A stretch of DNA of 64,000 nt from Escherichia phage UB, in sequence record MH383160. One strand, given 5' to 3'. A model generated the notes under the pieces. The model worked only from the letters and a program-made list of their open reading frames with translations, searched no databases and was not told the origin of the DNA. Below, piece by piece: positions 1 through 11,655 of this stretch; the first letter of the stretch is position 1, and each line of letters begins with the position of its first letter. The position numbers and the translations under genes are program-made.

Positions 1-106
1 GTACAATCCTGACGAACTAAGTCTTTTGCACTAAACCTGCCGTCATCATTACATGCTGTAAGAAACATTGTACTGCACACAATGATTCCAGTCAAGAGTT
101 TTTTAA
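1..106 (-). CDS. Partial CDS (N-terminal part only; 3' end lies beyond window start); putative lipoprotein
   Basis: ATG at 106 on minus strand; translation begins MIKKLLTGIIVCSTMFLTAC, a signal peptide with an LTAC lipobox. Confidence 0.4.
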
Positions 107-477
107 TCATTTAACATCACCCCAACGGAATCCATTCATATAATTCAAATTCACCTCAACGAGTTCATTTGTTTTTGTACACCAAATTGATAGAGTTTTT
201 GTAACATCACCAGGTGAACTTTCATACTTCACACAATACCCTTCAATGCGAAGAGTTTTGTTAGTCCAATGTTGCCACTCAATCCAAATTTCATTAGGAT
301 AATAAACCATATCTTCCTTGAACCTATGGTATTGATCCATCGGTAAGTGACCTTCAACTTCAATTACTTCAGCACTTCGAACAAGTTTGTCAAGCTTGTA
401 CTTTATCTCAGCAAGATATTCTTCATCATTCAGACGAGTTAATAAATCTGCTGCACGTGTTGTATCAAGGCTCATTG

Positions 478-723
478 TTATTCTCCATGAATTACGGAAG
501 TGTTGATTCGTGTTTTACCGCTAGTGTATCCAGTACTGGTATTTGCATTAGGGCAATAAACTGTATACAAGGTTACGCCAGCACCATCCTTTTGCATACG
601 ATAAATCTTACATCCTGCTTCTTGTAATTCAATAGGGAGAATAAAATCACTTGTGCGTTCTTTGGTTGAAGCATCACATGCAGTGAGTAAAAATGCGACG
701 AGTACTGCTACAATGTATTTCAT
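478..723 (-). CDS. Small putative lipoprotein (81 aa)
   Basis: N-terminus MKYIVAVLVAFLLTACDAS has a hydrophobic signal and an LTAC lipobox. Confidence 0.5.
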   Translation of the reverse strand: MKYIVAVLVAFLLTACDASTKERTSDFILPIELQEAGCKIYRMQKDGAGVTLYTVYCPNANTSTGYTSGKTRINTSVIHGE

Positions 724-2007
724 TAACGAACCTCCACTTCTTGAGAAAGAGCATGAGTCAGTGCATTTGAATTCGAACTATTCATTTCACGCTGACATAC
801 AAACATAATGGCATCTTGTACTGAACCTGCGATTTCATACTCACGACCTTCTGGATCAGTTACCAGATGTTCAACGATACAACCACCACGCAGTACAGAA
901 GCACCAGTACTTACACTAATTCTGTAACCTAAGAAATCAAACTGCATACATGCGTCAGTAGGTTTCATCCAATAACCGCTGTTTTGATTCAAATCGATGA
1001 TTACAAAACCTTGAGTGTTAGTTTGAAACATAGTTAATTCCTCATTTAATTTAAAAGGGCGGGAACGCAGTGACGAGTACGATTATGCTGTCTTTCCTTT
1101 CACTGCATTCCCTTTTATATAAAACATAATACTGCTATTATTCAGTACTGTCAATCGATATAAGTACCTTTTTTAACATCACAGACTTCTTCCATCCAAT
1201 GTGGATTTTCGTTTTTATCAGTGAAGATTTGTTCTGCTTCTTCTTTTGTTTCAGCTAGGACAATACGATCCCCTTCATCCAAATCACGGATACGATACAC
1301 TTTCAGTTCTTGTTTCTTCTCAAGAATATTACACAGTTCACGTGCTTTTTCTTCATCGCACTTCCCTTCATTAGCATAAAACCAAATTGCTTTTTTAATA
1401 AGGTCACGTTCTTCTTTAGAAAAAGACATAATATTTCCTATCATTTGTTAAAGTGGATTTCGTTTGATATAAACATTATACAGTACTGATATCTTATGTC
1501 AAGTATTAATCACCAAAAACCATCAGATACCCAAACCAACCCACACAGACGACTAAGCTAACAATACCAAAGACAATCTCTAAAGTCATGTTGTATCCTT
1601 AATCAATGATTTTATATTCACGATGACCATAGAATCCAGCCTCAAGGATGCGATTACCATCAGCATCTTCCAAATCCCACCCACGGGATGTTTCGGCAAT
1701 AATAGTCATGATGTGACCTCTTGGGAAAATTCCACTCATGGTGGATACATCTTCAAGTAATTGAACTTTCTTACCAACATTGGAATTCGGTTTAAACATT
1801 TTATGGCCCTTATTCATTGATCACATCAAGTACTTTATCCAGCTTTTTACCAATGCTTTCCTTTGGTTTCTCACCATTCTGGAATACATTAGTACTGCAA
1901 TATTCAGGACGCGTATTAGGAAACTTCTCGTTCATCCATGAGTGACCATAAACACCCAACATGATACCAACGATAAGAATGATGATTTGCATGATAATTT
2001 CCTCTGA

Positions 2008-2796
2008 TTAAATGTTAGTAGTATAGTACTTGATTTCGTGTTGAATTGCAAGTTCTATTTGTTTATTGAAAAGAATTCCAAACTCTTTGATTGATTCACA
2101 ATCGAATTCAATAGAAAAAGTATACTCTGGTACACGTAGATTGTCAATCCCCAAATACTCTTTTATGTAAATTTTAATGAGTTTACATAGTGCAGTACTA
2201 AGACATTGAATTTCAAAATGTTTTGCACCTTTGTCAAAATACTTGAATGCATCAATATCACCTACAATAAAACTATTCTTTAATGTAGTGAATAGGTTCT
2301 CAGGAAACACGGTAATAGGTGACATTGATTTAAGAATGTATGTATCTTTGGCATTCTTAATGTACTCAATGAAGCAGTAGTTAACGTCAGGCTCGATTGA
2401 ACGATCCGCGTTATGATACCAGTGTTTAAACTCACTGTATTCAGCAAACTTATGCTGGCGTAATGCGTTACATTCTTCACACAGTGCAGTCATGTTCTCT
2501 TTATCATTACCGCCCTGAAGACAGTCCAGTACATTATGGTCTAACGTCATGCGTACAAGGCGTTTCCCTTTAAGTACATAAGGTCTGAATTTATAACGAT
2601 CTTTAGTACTGTGCTTGTGTAAAGTGAATACTACATTTGATTCACCACAACAATCACATTTAAAGCCATCACGTGACATTACATGAATGAGTTTGCGTGT
2701 GTTCGGTCCAAACTCAGATTTAGTAATGTTATCCACAATTTCTGATGGTTGGTAATATTTTGAATTCCGTTGAATCAGTTCATCGATAGTGCCCAT
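2008..2796 (-). CDS. HNH-family endonuclease (262 aa)
   Basis: CDCCGE zinc-knuckle followed by TLDHNVLDCLQGGNDKENMTALCEECNALR, the HNH pattern D-H...N...C..CN. Confidence 0.65.
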   Translation of the reverse strand: MGTIDELIQRNSKYYQPSEIVDNITKSEFGPNTRKLIHVMSRDGFKCDCCGESNVVFTLHKHSTKDRYKFRPYVLKGKRLVRMTLDHNVLDCLQGGNDKENMTALCEECNALRQHKFAEYSEFKHWYHNADRSIEPDVNYCFIEYIKNAKDTYILKSMSPITVFPENLFTTLKNSFIVGDIDAFKYFDKGAKHFEIQCLSTALCKLIKIYIKEYLGIDNLRVPEYTFSIEFDCESIKEFGILFNKQIELAIQHEIKYYTTNI

Positions 2797-3233
2797 TTAC
2801 ATTATTCCTTCTATGCAACAACCAAGAATTACTTTTTTAACTTCAACAACTCGTACCAAATAGAATCCATTTGAAAAGTTAAAACTATACATTTGTACTA
2901 AGGCATCTGCTTCAGATTTCGCACGTATACATGATAGATAAATTTCACGTATATCACCATCTAACGATACTTGTTTCTCTGCATCAATGACAATAGAACG
3001 AATCTCAAAACGAACACCATAACTCATTGAGTTTGTCCTACAATAAGCTTTGTGTTAGTATTACTATTGTAACACCACATTTGTTCTTTATTAACTGTAA
3101 TCCAAATATCTTTGTTTACTTGTTCGTATGTACTATCACGTACTGCTATACATTGATTCATGGAATTCATTGGGGTTATTTGTACACCGGAATTAACAGA
3201 AAAAGCTATTACTAAAAAGATTACTGAATTCAT

Positions 3234-3820
3234 TGGATATTCCTTAATGGTTAATCATCCATCTCTTCGAGATGTCTGTTCGCTTCTAATACTACGTATT
3301 CTACGCGAATGATTAATAACTGTCAAGGACTTTTAATATTGACGGGATTTGAGGAAGGGATTTTTCTTCCCCCCACAAGGAGGGAAATTTGACGCTGATG
3401 GTATCAGAGCTATTGCATTGAAGATTACTCATAAAGAGTGCGAAAGCGGGTCATCCTGTTTCTCTCTACTTCAGTTTCATATGACGGTCTACACTTTTAA
3501 ACATAGTGTATCTTCATTAAGTATCTATGCAATCAAATACTTAATGTGAGTACTCAAATTTTGGACGCAACTTTCCTGTACAAAATTCGATAACTCTCCC
3601 TTAGATAATTCGTAAGGTGTTATCCTTATATGTCTATCAAGGAACCACCAGCTATCCTAACGTGGTTCTTTATACAGCCGCATTGCCGTGAGGGGTTCAA
3701 ACTATGCCCACATCTAACGGGTTTCTTTTGCTGTTCGCACTGTCGGACTGCTCAACTGCCCTCTACGTTTTCGAGTGGATCAGGTACATAAATATCATGC
3801 CAACAGAATTGTACAAGATA
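3234..3820 (-). ncRNA. Candidate structured non-coding RNA (ORF-free, GC-richer segment)
   Basis: About 590 bp with no minus-strand ORF of 60 aa or more in an otherwise gap-free gene array; locally higher GC; promoter at 3821-3849 and terminator at 3851-3876 flank it; several hairpin-capable segments. Confidence 0.3.
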
Positions 3821-3849
3821 ATTATATCACAAACTTTTACTTCATCCCA
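3821..3849 (-). promoter_or_regulatory. Extended -10 promoter (TGTGATATAAT) reading into the ORF-free segment
   Basis: Minus-strand sequence GTTTGTGATATAAT; the -35 element is weak. Confidence 0.35.
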
Positions 3850-3850
3850 T

Positions 3851-3876
3851 AAAAAAAGGTTGGCATAAGCCAACCC
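3851..3876 (-). terminator. Intrinsic terminator after the sigma factor gene (bidirectional in appearance)
   Basis: Hairpin GGTTGGC-ATAA-GCCAACC flanked by an A7 run and a T-run. Confidence 0.55.
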
Positions 3877-3883
3877 TTTTTCT

Positions 3884-4849
3884 TTAGAAATCTTCGTATT
3901 CGTACCCTTTTGCAAGTACTAGCTTCTTAAGCTTTTGCATAGCTTCACTGTACTTTCGATGTATTGATGAACGGGATTTAACATATTTTCCATTATCATC
4001 AACAAAACCATTATCAGCAATCTCACGAAGCGTTTCAGGTTCATATTCACCTAGACCATGAACACGCTGGATAATCTCACGTTCTTTAGTACTCAATTCG
4101 TTAGTCAGTTCATTGATAGCATAACGTAAAGGTGCACGAATACTATCAACATTGAGGTTAAAATCAGAAGCAGGTGAATGAATAATGTCACCTAGTGTAC
4201 CATCGGTAACACCGTCTAATGGTGCATCCAGCGAAGTGTATTCGCTTTGAAATAACAAACAGTTATTAACATGCTGAATCTCAATCCCAGTACCCTCTGA
4301 GATTATTTCAGGAGTTGGGCGAACACCATGTTTACGCATATATTCCTGACAGAATCTTTTTACTTTGATCTTATGAACACTCATATAACGTGGGAAGTGT
4401 ACCATATAGTTAGCGTCAGAACTTTCGTTATAGACTGTCATGTAAATACTAGAAGAAGCATAGGTAATGAACTTAACATTCTTATTAAGATCAAAGGTTT
4501 TTAGTGCTCTCATGAACCCCTCAACACCATATGAAATCTTATCTTCAAATGGGATATAACAAGTACATTTACTTGCTACATCAATAATCAGTCCATAATT
4601 GTAACGAACTAACAGTTCAGTGTTTTTCTTTACATTGATACCAGCTTGAATATCACGAATTAGATCTTCATTGGAAACATTTGGTGGTCGCTTAAGTGTA
4701 ATATTATATTTGAAACTGCTTTGTACTTTACCTTCATTTTCATCTTTATCTTCAACGAAATCTAAGGCTTCTAGTGTGTTGACTTCTTCATTAGCAAAAC
4801 ATTCATCCAGTACTTCTTCGGCAATTGTATTTAAATCAAGCTTTTTCAC
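3884..4849 (-). CDS. RNA polymerase sigma factor, sigma-70 family (321 aa)
   Basis: Region-2-like LLVRYNYGLIIDVASK...GFMRALKTFD...KFITYASSSI and region-4-like LSTKEREIIQRVHGLGEYEPETLREIA...SRSSIHRKYSEAMQKLKK. Confidence 0.7.
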   Translation of the reverse strand: MKKLDLNTIAEEVLDECFANEEVNTLEALDFVEDKDENEGKVQSSFKYNITLKRPPNVSNEDLIRDIQAGINVKKNTELLVRYNYGLIIDVASKCTCYIPFEDKISYGVEGFMRALKTFDLNKNVKFITYASSSIYMTVYNESSDANYMVHFPRYMSVHKIKVKRFCQEYMRKHGVRPTPEIISEGTGIEIQHVNNCLLFQSEYTSLDAPLDGVTDGTLGDIIHSPASDFNLNVDSIRAPLRYAINELTNELSTKEREIIQRVHGLGEYEPETLREIADNGFVDDNGKYVKSRSSIHRKYSEAMQKLKKLVLAKGYEYEDF

Positions 4850-7800
4850 TTACATCTCCTAATGACGAAATCAAAATCGATATACATTAATATTATCATC
4901 TGTGAAGCAATCATGGTTGTGCACATCCATGAAAGTACTAAACACTTTATCATATAAAGTTGTATGTTCTTCATGAATAGCAGCATCTAGCATGTATTCT
5001 CCACCACTTCCCATAAAGAAAGTGTAGTCTTCATGTAGATATTCAAGTTTTTTAATAAACTTTCCTTTAGTTAAAATCATATGAATAACATAATCTTTAG
5101 AAAGAAGCACACAATGGCAACTTAACTTTCTGTCAGGTATAACTGGTACTTTATTAATTAACCAATCCAGTACTTTATCAATTTCACTTACTACCCCACT
5201 AGCACTGAATAAACGGTCATGTACATATAAAGTTTTTTGATTAACAACTCCATATTGATATTTTGGTCTTAGTGGGAAAAAACCAAATAAGTTTCGTGGT
5301 ATAGTTGACGTAACTCTAGAATCGGTAATCAATAAATTTAATCGTTTATCAATATAAACAGTTGTCATATTAAACCTTATCTAAGAATTTATCGTATATA
5401 TAAAATTCTTTATCGGTGAATACATTAATTCTAGTATCGAATCTTTGCATTGTGTTCATATACAATGAACTTTTTAAATAAAAATACAAAGCAACAAATT
5501 CTGATATATGCATATTCTTTTTATTGTTACATAAATTCTTAAGCATTTTGATGCTATCAAATTCTTTTTCATCAAATCTGTATTGGTAAAAATTGTATCT
5601 ATTGGAACGGCACTCATAGATACGAAGTGCCATTATATCAATACATGCTTTAGATTTACAGTACTTATTCAATACGTCATAATCACCCGTACATAATGCT
5701 ACAAAGATTCTATGTGCGAGTGTAGCTTTGCCTTCAATCGTATAATAGCCAAAAAATTTAATGATTAAGTACTGAATGAATGTAATCATTTGATTTAGAA
5801 TTTCTCCGAAATTACTAGAGTGTCATCATAATCTTCTGCAATATCATGAAGAACTTTTAAGTTACTTTCACCAGAAACGCTTTTTACTTCGTTCAAAAGA
5901 TAGTTTAGATCAACTTTAGTTACTTTTTCTGAATCAAACACACAGAAAGTTAATTCAGCGTTTGGACAGATCTTCTTCAGATTATCAGCAACAACTTGTT
6001 TGAAGTTGAAAGATGGGGAAGCAACCAGGTTAACTGCAACGAGAATAGATTTCATAATGTTTTCCTTTTTAGCTGATAATTAAATTAGGAGCACATTGTA
6101 CTCCATATTATTTGTTATGTCAAATACTTTTAGATACCAAGTGCAGTAGATAACTCTTTACGTTTGTTATATGAATCAGATTCAATCTTACTTTTCTTGT
6201 TGAAAAGGGATTCGATATCCTTATAGATTGCTTCGATAGATTTAGTTACTACCCATTCTGATTCTTGAAGCATACCTTGGAGTCGTGCGTACTCAACTTT
6301 GATAGTACTGCGAAGTTCTTCACAAACTTCTTCATTCTTAATTAGTGCAGCACTAAGTTCTTTGACCTTATCGATGTTCATAAGTTCCTTACTCTAATTT
6401 GTTTTTAACAAAATAATTATATATAACATACTAAATTATGTCAAGTATTTTTAGTACCTTCTTCTGCCATTTTTGTGATATACCAATTAAGTATTGATTT
6501 GTGTACCATAAAAAATGTGAATGCAAATATAGCAATAGCTGCTGATGTAACACTATTAGATAATGACCCAAGTTGGATGTTAGTACCTAAAATAACAATA
6601 AATGGATACAACACAATCAATCTACTGTAAGGTTCGTCTCCAGTATCACGGAGAAATCCAAGCCTTTCATGATCAGTATCCATAGTGACAATTGGACAGA
6701 ACATAAGTGCAGACATAAGAGCAATACCAATTTGTGCTACATTGGAAATTGTAAACCACAAAGGATTTAAACCATATGAAATATTATTTTCTGTACAGTA
6801 GTAACCAAACGAATTGAATGCACAAACTAAAAATACAAAAATACAAATCTTATTATAGCCTCTCATTTGTTTAGCTCCGTTAATTTTCGTTTAACTTCTA
6901 GATCATGAAACTCATCGGCATATGAGTTTTGAACAGTTCTGATGTATTCCAACATAACAAACATAGTTCCACATACCCATAGATATGTATAGTAATCAAA
7001 TACAAATGCATATAACATACACGGTACTAAAATGAAAGTGTAAACAAAACTATATCGTGTAGTTCCAAATACTTTCAGATATAACAAACGTCGATAATCA
7101 CGGGCAAATGTATTGATGCACACTGAAAATGTAATTAATGTATACCATGAAATACCCTGAATTAAACCTGAAACATTTAAAAGTTTATGTTCATCGGAAA
7201 ACCCCAGTGCATTTAGCACTGGAGCCATAACCCAACCAATAATACTAATAAGAAAAAGATATTTTGCATTACTTAGTGTGAACATATTACTTTAGTCCCC
7301 ATGCTTTTTTGATTGCATCAACAGAGTTTTGGTCCACTACTTCCTTTTTTTCTGATGTAGTTTGAAGTTTATTAATTACATATTCCTTTGCATCTTTTTC
7401 TATCATAAATTTACCATCAACCAACACACCAAAAACTTTAGAATTTCGGGCTGGATATGGATTAATTTCATCAAGAGTACGGACTTTCTTATCAACTATA
7501 ATGGCTTTGATGTAACCAGTTTCAAGTACTGTTGTAATCACAGTCATTTCAATTGCAACTGGTGAATCTTCCCAATACGCAATCCATTTAGTAAAGCTAC
7601 GATCAGGTGAATCTTTTGTGCATTTTAATTTAATTGCACTATTAAAAATGTATTGTTTAAAATTGTCATCGACAACTTCACTAATACTAAAATAACCTTC
7701 ACGCTCTTCAACATTACGTTTGAAATTTGTAGCTAATACATCCATTTTCCATCCCCCTTGGGTTACTTGGTGTGTTAATTATAATACTAAGAATCTTTGT

Positions 7801-8262
7801 TGTCAAACTTTTCCCTCAAATATTTTTCTATTAATCTAATTTGTGTTGGTGGTAAGATAAAGTAATCGTACATAGATTTACTACCATGTATCGAACAACC
7901 TACACTAATACTATAATCATATGGATATAAGTATATTGGATCTTGTATATCAGGTATGAAAACTATTCTTGATATATTACCATTTCCTATTCTTACTTGG
8001 ACGTTATCATTATTATTAATATAATTTCTTATACAGTACTCAATTATACCATTTACTTTAGAATCATAACCATAATTTTTATATTCAGGAAAAATGAAAT
8101 AGCGTTCATGGTATAGATATGAGCATAGTAATGCTGGGAAAAAATTCCAAAAACCTTCATGCTTTGCAATTGTTTGTGCATATTTAAAATGATTAGCATT
8201 ACTAAAAATATTATACAGCACAAAATACACAAATGGACTTACCAACAACACTATTGTTAACA

Positions 8263-8724
8263 TCAGAAGCCTCTGTATTTTTCATACACTTCAACGCATT
8301 CCATGATTTTGTCATCGTCCATCATATCATAGCCTTGTAGAAATTCTTCTTTATCAACCTTCCCTGCCATCATATCTGTGTCAGAAATTCTGGAGTCATA
8401 GAAGTAATACATATCTTTATAGTACTGGTTTTTGTGCTGCTCAATCTTTACTTTAGCATATCCAGCACAAAATGAAGGAGATTTAACAACTTCCCATTTA
8501 TGCTTCTTGATGGGTTTATCATTAGCATGTTTTTCCCTGTATGTCTGACGATAACGTTCACGCATTTCAGGCATGTATTCTTCAGCAGTACGTTTAGGGG
8601 GAGTTTTACCAGTCCCAATAGTTTTAATAGTTTGACGTTGTTCTTCTGCGTGTACTGGGTAAATAAAACATGATGTACCAAACAGTACTGCTACGATAAC
8701 CATAAAATTCTTAAACATAATCAA
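8263..8724 (-). CDS. Secreted or periplasmic hypothetical protein (153 aa)
   Basis: N-terminal signal peptide MIMFKNFMVIVAVLFGTSCFIYPVHA. Confidence 0.45.
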   Translation of the reverse strand: MIMFKNFMVIVAVLFGTSCFIYPVHAEEQRQTIKTIGTGKTPPKRTAEEYMPEMRERYRQTYREKHANDKPIKKHKWEVVKSPSFCAGYAKVKIEQHKNQYYKDMYYFYDSRISDTDMMAGKVDKEEFLQGYDMMDDDKIMECVEVYEKYRGF

Positions 8725-9594
8725 ACCTCTTTTACAATAATATCGATTGATACTGGAATTGCAATTTCACTATTACATGAATATACATCAGCACAGTACT
8801 CAATATCTAGTACTTTAAAATATTTCTCAAAACCACAAATGGTAAGATTCAACGTTGACCCAACTGCTGGGAGTACAGGAAATGATAAGAACGCAATTTT
8901 AGAATGAAATTCTTCATTGATATCTTGATATACAGTTGCAGTAATCACAATGGTAACTCCTGTAGTGGTTTCATAATACCGAGTACTGGGTGATTTTCAA
9001 TCATTGGTCGCCCTGGTACACCAGTGAGGATAACTGGGATAGAACTAATATCTTTTACATAGTTGAATCCCTCAAACGTGAACTCTTGTTTTTTCTCATT
9101 ATACAATACCCATAGTATTACGTCAGCTTTTTTCTGGATATTTTTTAACTGTCGAGTACTAACACATGGTCCAAAGTCAGTCCATGATTTATACTTGATA
9201 CCTTTTACTTCAATACGAAGGTTGTTTACCTTAATATCACATTCACCGTCACGTGCTTCATTTTGGAATGCTGGATCGATATTAAGTTTAATACCAGTAT
9301 TGTTTTCAATTTCATTAAAAAGTACTAAAGATGCGTGCTCACACACCATACCAACAAAATGACTATGTGCATGATTAAAACCATATGGCGATTTACTTGC
9401 TGGAGCCAAAAGTTTATATCGTTCTGATTTTTCAATCGCTTTTGCCATAAAAGAATCAGCTTCATCTTTATATAACTTAACAGTCATTTTTCCATTTTTC
9501 AGTACTAATCTATTATCAATAACATTCATAAAAACACCTCATTATTCATTCACTACATGATAACACCAAATCATACACCAGTCAAGCTCATTTT

Positions 9595-9623
9595 TTGGAT
9601 ATGCATAATAAATACGTTATAAT
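9595..9623 (+). promoter_or_regulatory. Sigma-70-type promoter for the only plus-strand gene in the interior
   Basis: TTGGAT - 17 nt - TATAAT, followed by GGAGGG RBS and ATG at 9646. Confidence 0.55.
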
Positions 9624-9645
9624 AATTATACCAATGGAGGGATAA

Positions 9646-10800
9646 ATGTCAAGGTCAATTGCTGCGGCTGGACGCTATAAGTTTGGTGAATGTGGTTATG
9701 TTGTTGATGGTGCAATCCTCAATGATGGAACTAGACTAAAAAATATTAGAATCTATCGCCAAAGAAGCCATAGATTATATGATTTAGTTGATCCAAGAAC
9801 TAATATAATATATCGTAAAGTACAAATAACAACTAAAGATAATAAAGGTTATCTATTAAATTACAATAAAACTAATGACCAACTATTAAGTGAAATTAAT
9901 AAAAATTGTTTCTTTGTTCGTGGATATTCTGAAGAGCCACAAGAAACTGATACTGGATTTGTATATAAATTCATGCTACATAAAACAATTTTAGGTAGTT
10001 CACAAACCTTGTATCATATGTATACACCTGAATGTGGTATTATAGATCGTGATATAGATAATATTCTCATTTCACCAGTATTTGTTGGTAATGACTCAAT
10101 TAGTGGTAAATTATTCAACACTGGTTCAGAAATTGATACTAACGGTATGGTAATAACAATCGTATTACCAGACGGGACAGAATACTTTACTACCCAATTT
10201 GTTAATGATGCATTTACAATTCCAGTTGATGTTATCACACAATCAGGGAAAGGTACTGCTACACTCACTTCTCCATATTATAACACTAAAGTGGTGGAAT
10301 TTGATGTTCTTGAAAGTGGTGAGGATATTGATTTTGTTACATCAGTTCTTCTATCCCAATTTGAACCTGTTTCGGAAGGTGTATTTTCTGCGGTTGTTCC
10401 ATTTGATGTTCATGATCGTGGACAGTACTTAGCACTTCAAGCATACAGTGGTGACTTATATCAAGTTGGTGTAGATCTTTCTGTAGACGCAGAAGGTAAT
10501 ATTACTGTGTATCAAACTGACAATTTACCTGTTTCTTTGAGTATAATCGGAAAAACACTGCATACTACTCCTTTCCATAAAGAATATACTTTAAGTGAGT
10601 GGGTTCTCGGTGAAGACTCTATGTACTCTATCTCAGTTCCAGTAACTGAACATGGTAAAGCACTACCACAAGTTCAATTATATTCTTCAGACAATCATGT
10701 AGTTCATAGTGAAATACAAGTGGATGAAGATGATAATGTAATTCTTAAAGTAGTAGAACCGCTTGACTGCTCAGTCGTAATAGTTGGTTACAACGCATAA
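9646..10800 (+). CDS. Hypothetical protein (384 aa), beta-rich, opposite-strand gene
   Basis: Long ORF with strong RBS, own promoter, and terminator immediately downstream. Confidence 0.6.
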   Translation: MSRSIAAAGRYKFGECGYVVDGAILNDGTRLKNIRIYRQRSHRLYDLVDPRTNIIYRKVQITTKDNKGYLLNYNKTNDQLLSEINKNCFFVRGYSEEPQETDTGFVYKFMLHKTILGSSQTLYHMYTPECGIIDRDIDNILISPVFVGNDSISGKLFNTGSEIDTNGMVITIVLPDGTEYFTTQFVNDAFTIPVDVITQSGKGTATLTSPYYNTKVVEFDVLESGEDIDFVTSVLLSQFEPVSEGVFSAVVPFDVHDRGQYLALQAYSGDLYQVGVDLSVDAEGNITVYQTDNLPVSLSIIGKTLHTTPFHKEYTLSEWVLGEDSMYSISVPVTEHGKALPQVQLYSSDNHVVHSEIQVDEDDNVILKVVEPLDCSVVIVGYNA

Positions 10801-10801
10801 T

Positions 10802-10837
10802 AAAAAAAGCCACTACAATGTAGTGGCTTTAATTTTA
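10802..10837. terminator. Bidirectional intrinsic terminator between convergent genes
   Basis: A7 run, hairpin GCCACTAC-AAT-GTAGTGGC, then TTTAATTTTAT. Confidence 0.65.
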
Positions 10838-10842
10838 TCTAA

Positions 10843-11655
10843 TTATTTGAAATTGTCACGTAGAACTTCTTCAAGTGTTTTATCTGGATTGCTAATGGCT
10901 ACATTATAAATCAATTCTTTAAATGCAGTTAGTGCCTGCTCAGTTGCTTCTGGACCAAAGTTCTCACTAATGCTTTTAAACATACTTTGTGCACGTTCTG
11001 ATTTGATACAACTAGTTACAAACTTGTCAATTTCATTACGAAGCTGCTTAGTTGTCATGTCACCAATGAGCATCTCACTAATTTCTTTTGGTTCATCTGC
11101 ACTTGTTCGGACATTCGTAAAACCAAACACATCATCACCTGAGCCAAAGCTACGTTTTTCTTTTTTAGTTTCTTTTACTGGTTCTTCTTCAACTTCTTGT
11201 TCGTATTCTTTAGTAAAGAGATGAGATAGTACATCATCAAGATTTTTAACCATACCGTCAATACGAGATTCAGCATTCTTGGATACATGTTTGAATGCTT
11301 GCTCTAGTGCTTTTTCTTGAATCTGGTCACGAACATTATTAACTACATTACGAAGTTTTTCATTACAGTTGTCTAAAATTTCTAATACTTCACCAGTTTT
11401 GATTTTTTCCAAAAGTACATCTAAATCAGATTTTACATGTTGTTTTTGACTTACTTCACCATTAAGAATTGAATTCAATTCTTTAGCACCTTCAACTGCT
11501 TCTTCATGTGTTTTAAATTCAACTGGTACGTCAACACCATCCAGTACAATATTAAGCACTTTACCATCAACGTAGGCGTAGGAGTAAGATGCTTTTTTGA
11601 AAGAAATAGTTTTGAAGAAAATGTTGCTCATATTGATATACTCCTTAATGCCCAC
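10843..11655 (-). CDS. Hypothetical protein (270 aa)
   Basis: Long ORF; no recognisable motif. Confidence 0.5.
   Translation of the reverse strand: MGIKEYINMSNIFFKTISFKKASYSYAYVDGKVLNIVLDGVDVPVEFKTHEEAVEGAKELNSILNGEVSQKQHVKSDLDVLLEKIKTGEVLEILDNCNEKLRNVVNNVRDQIQEKALEQAFKHVSKNAESRIDGMVKNLDDVLSHLFTKEYEQEVEEEPVKETKKEKRSFGSGDDVFGFTNVRTSADEPKEISEMLIGDMTTKQLRNEIDKFVTSCIKSERAQSMFKSISENFGPEATEQALTAFKELIYNVAISNPDKTLEEVLRDNFK

Noticed and set aside
2280-2480. ORF 2280..2480 nested in the HNH endonuclease gene
   Set aside because: Same strand but a different frame and fully contained in the longer, motif-bearing ORF.
3027-3549. Plus-strand ORFs 3027..3215 and 3349..3549
   Set aside because: No RBS, low-complexity translations, and they lie antisense or within the ORF-free segment; treated as chance ORFs.
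3234-3850. Group I intron interrupting a gene
   Set aside because: No split ORF flanks the segment (the sigma factor gene is complete), so an intron is not supported; kept only as a generic ncRNA candidate.
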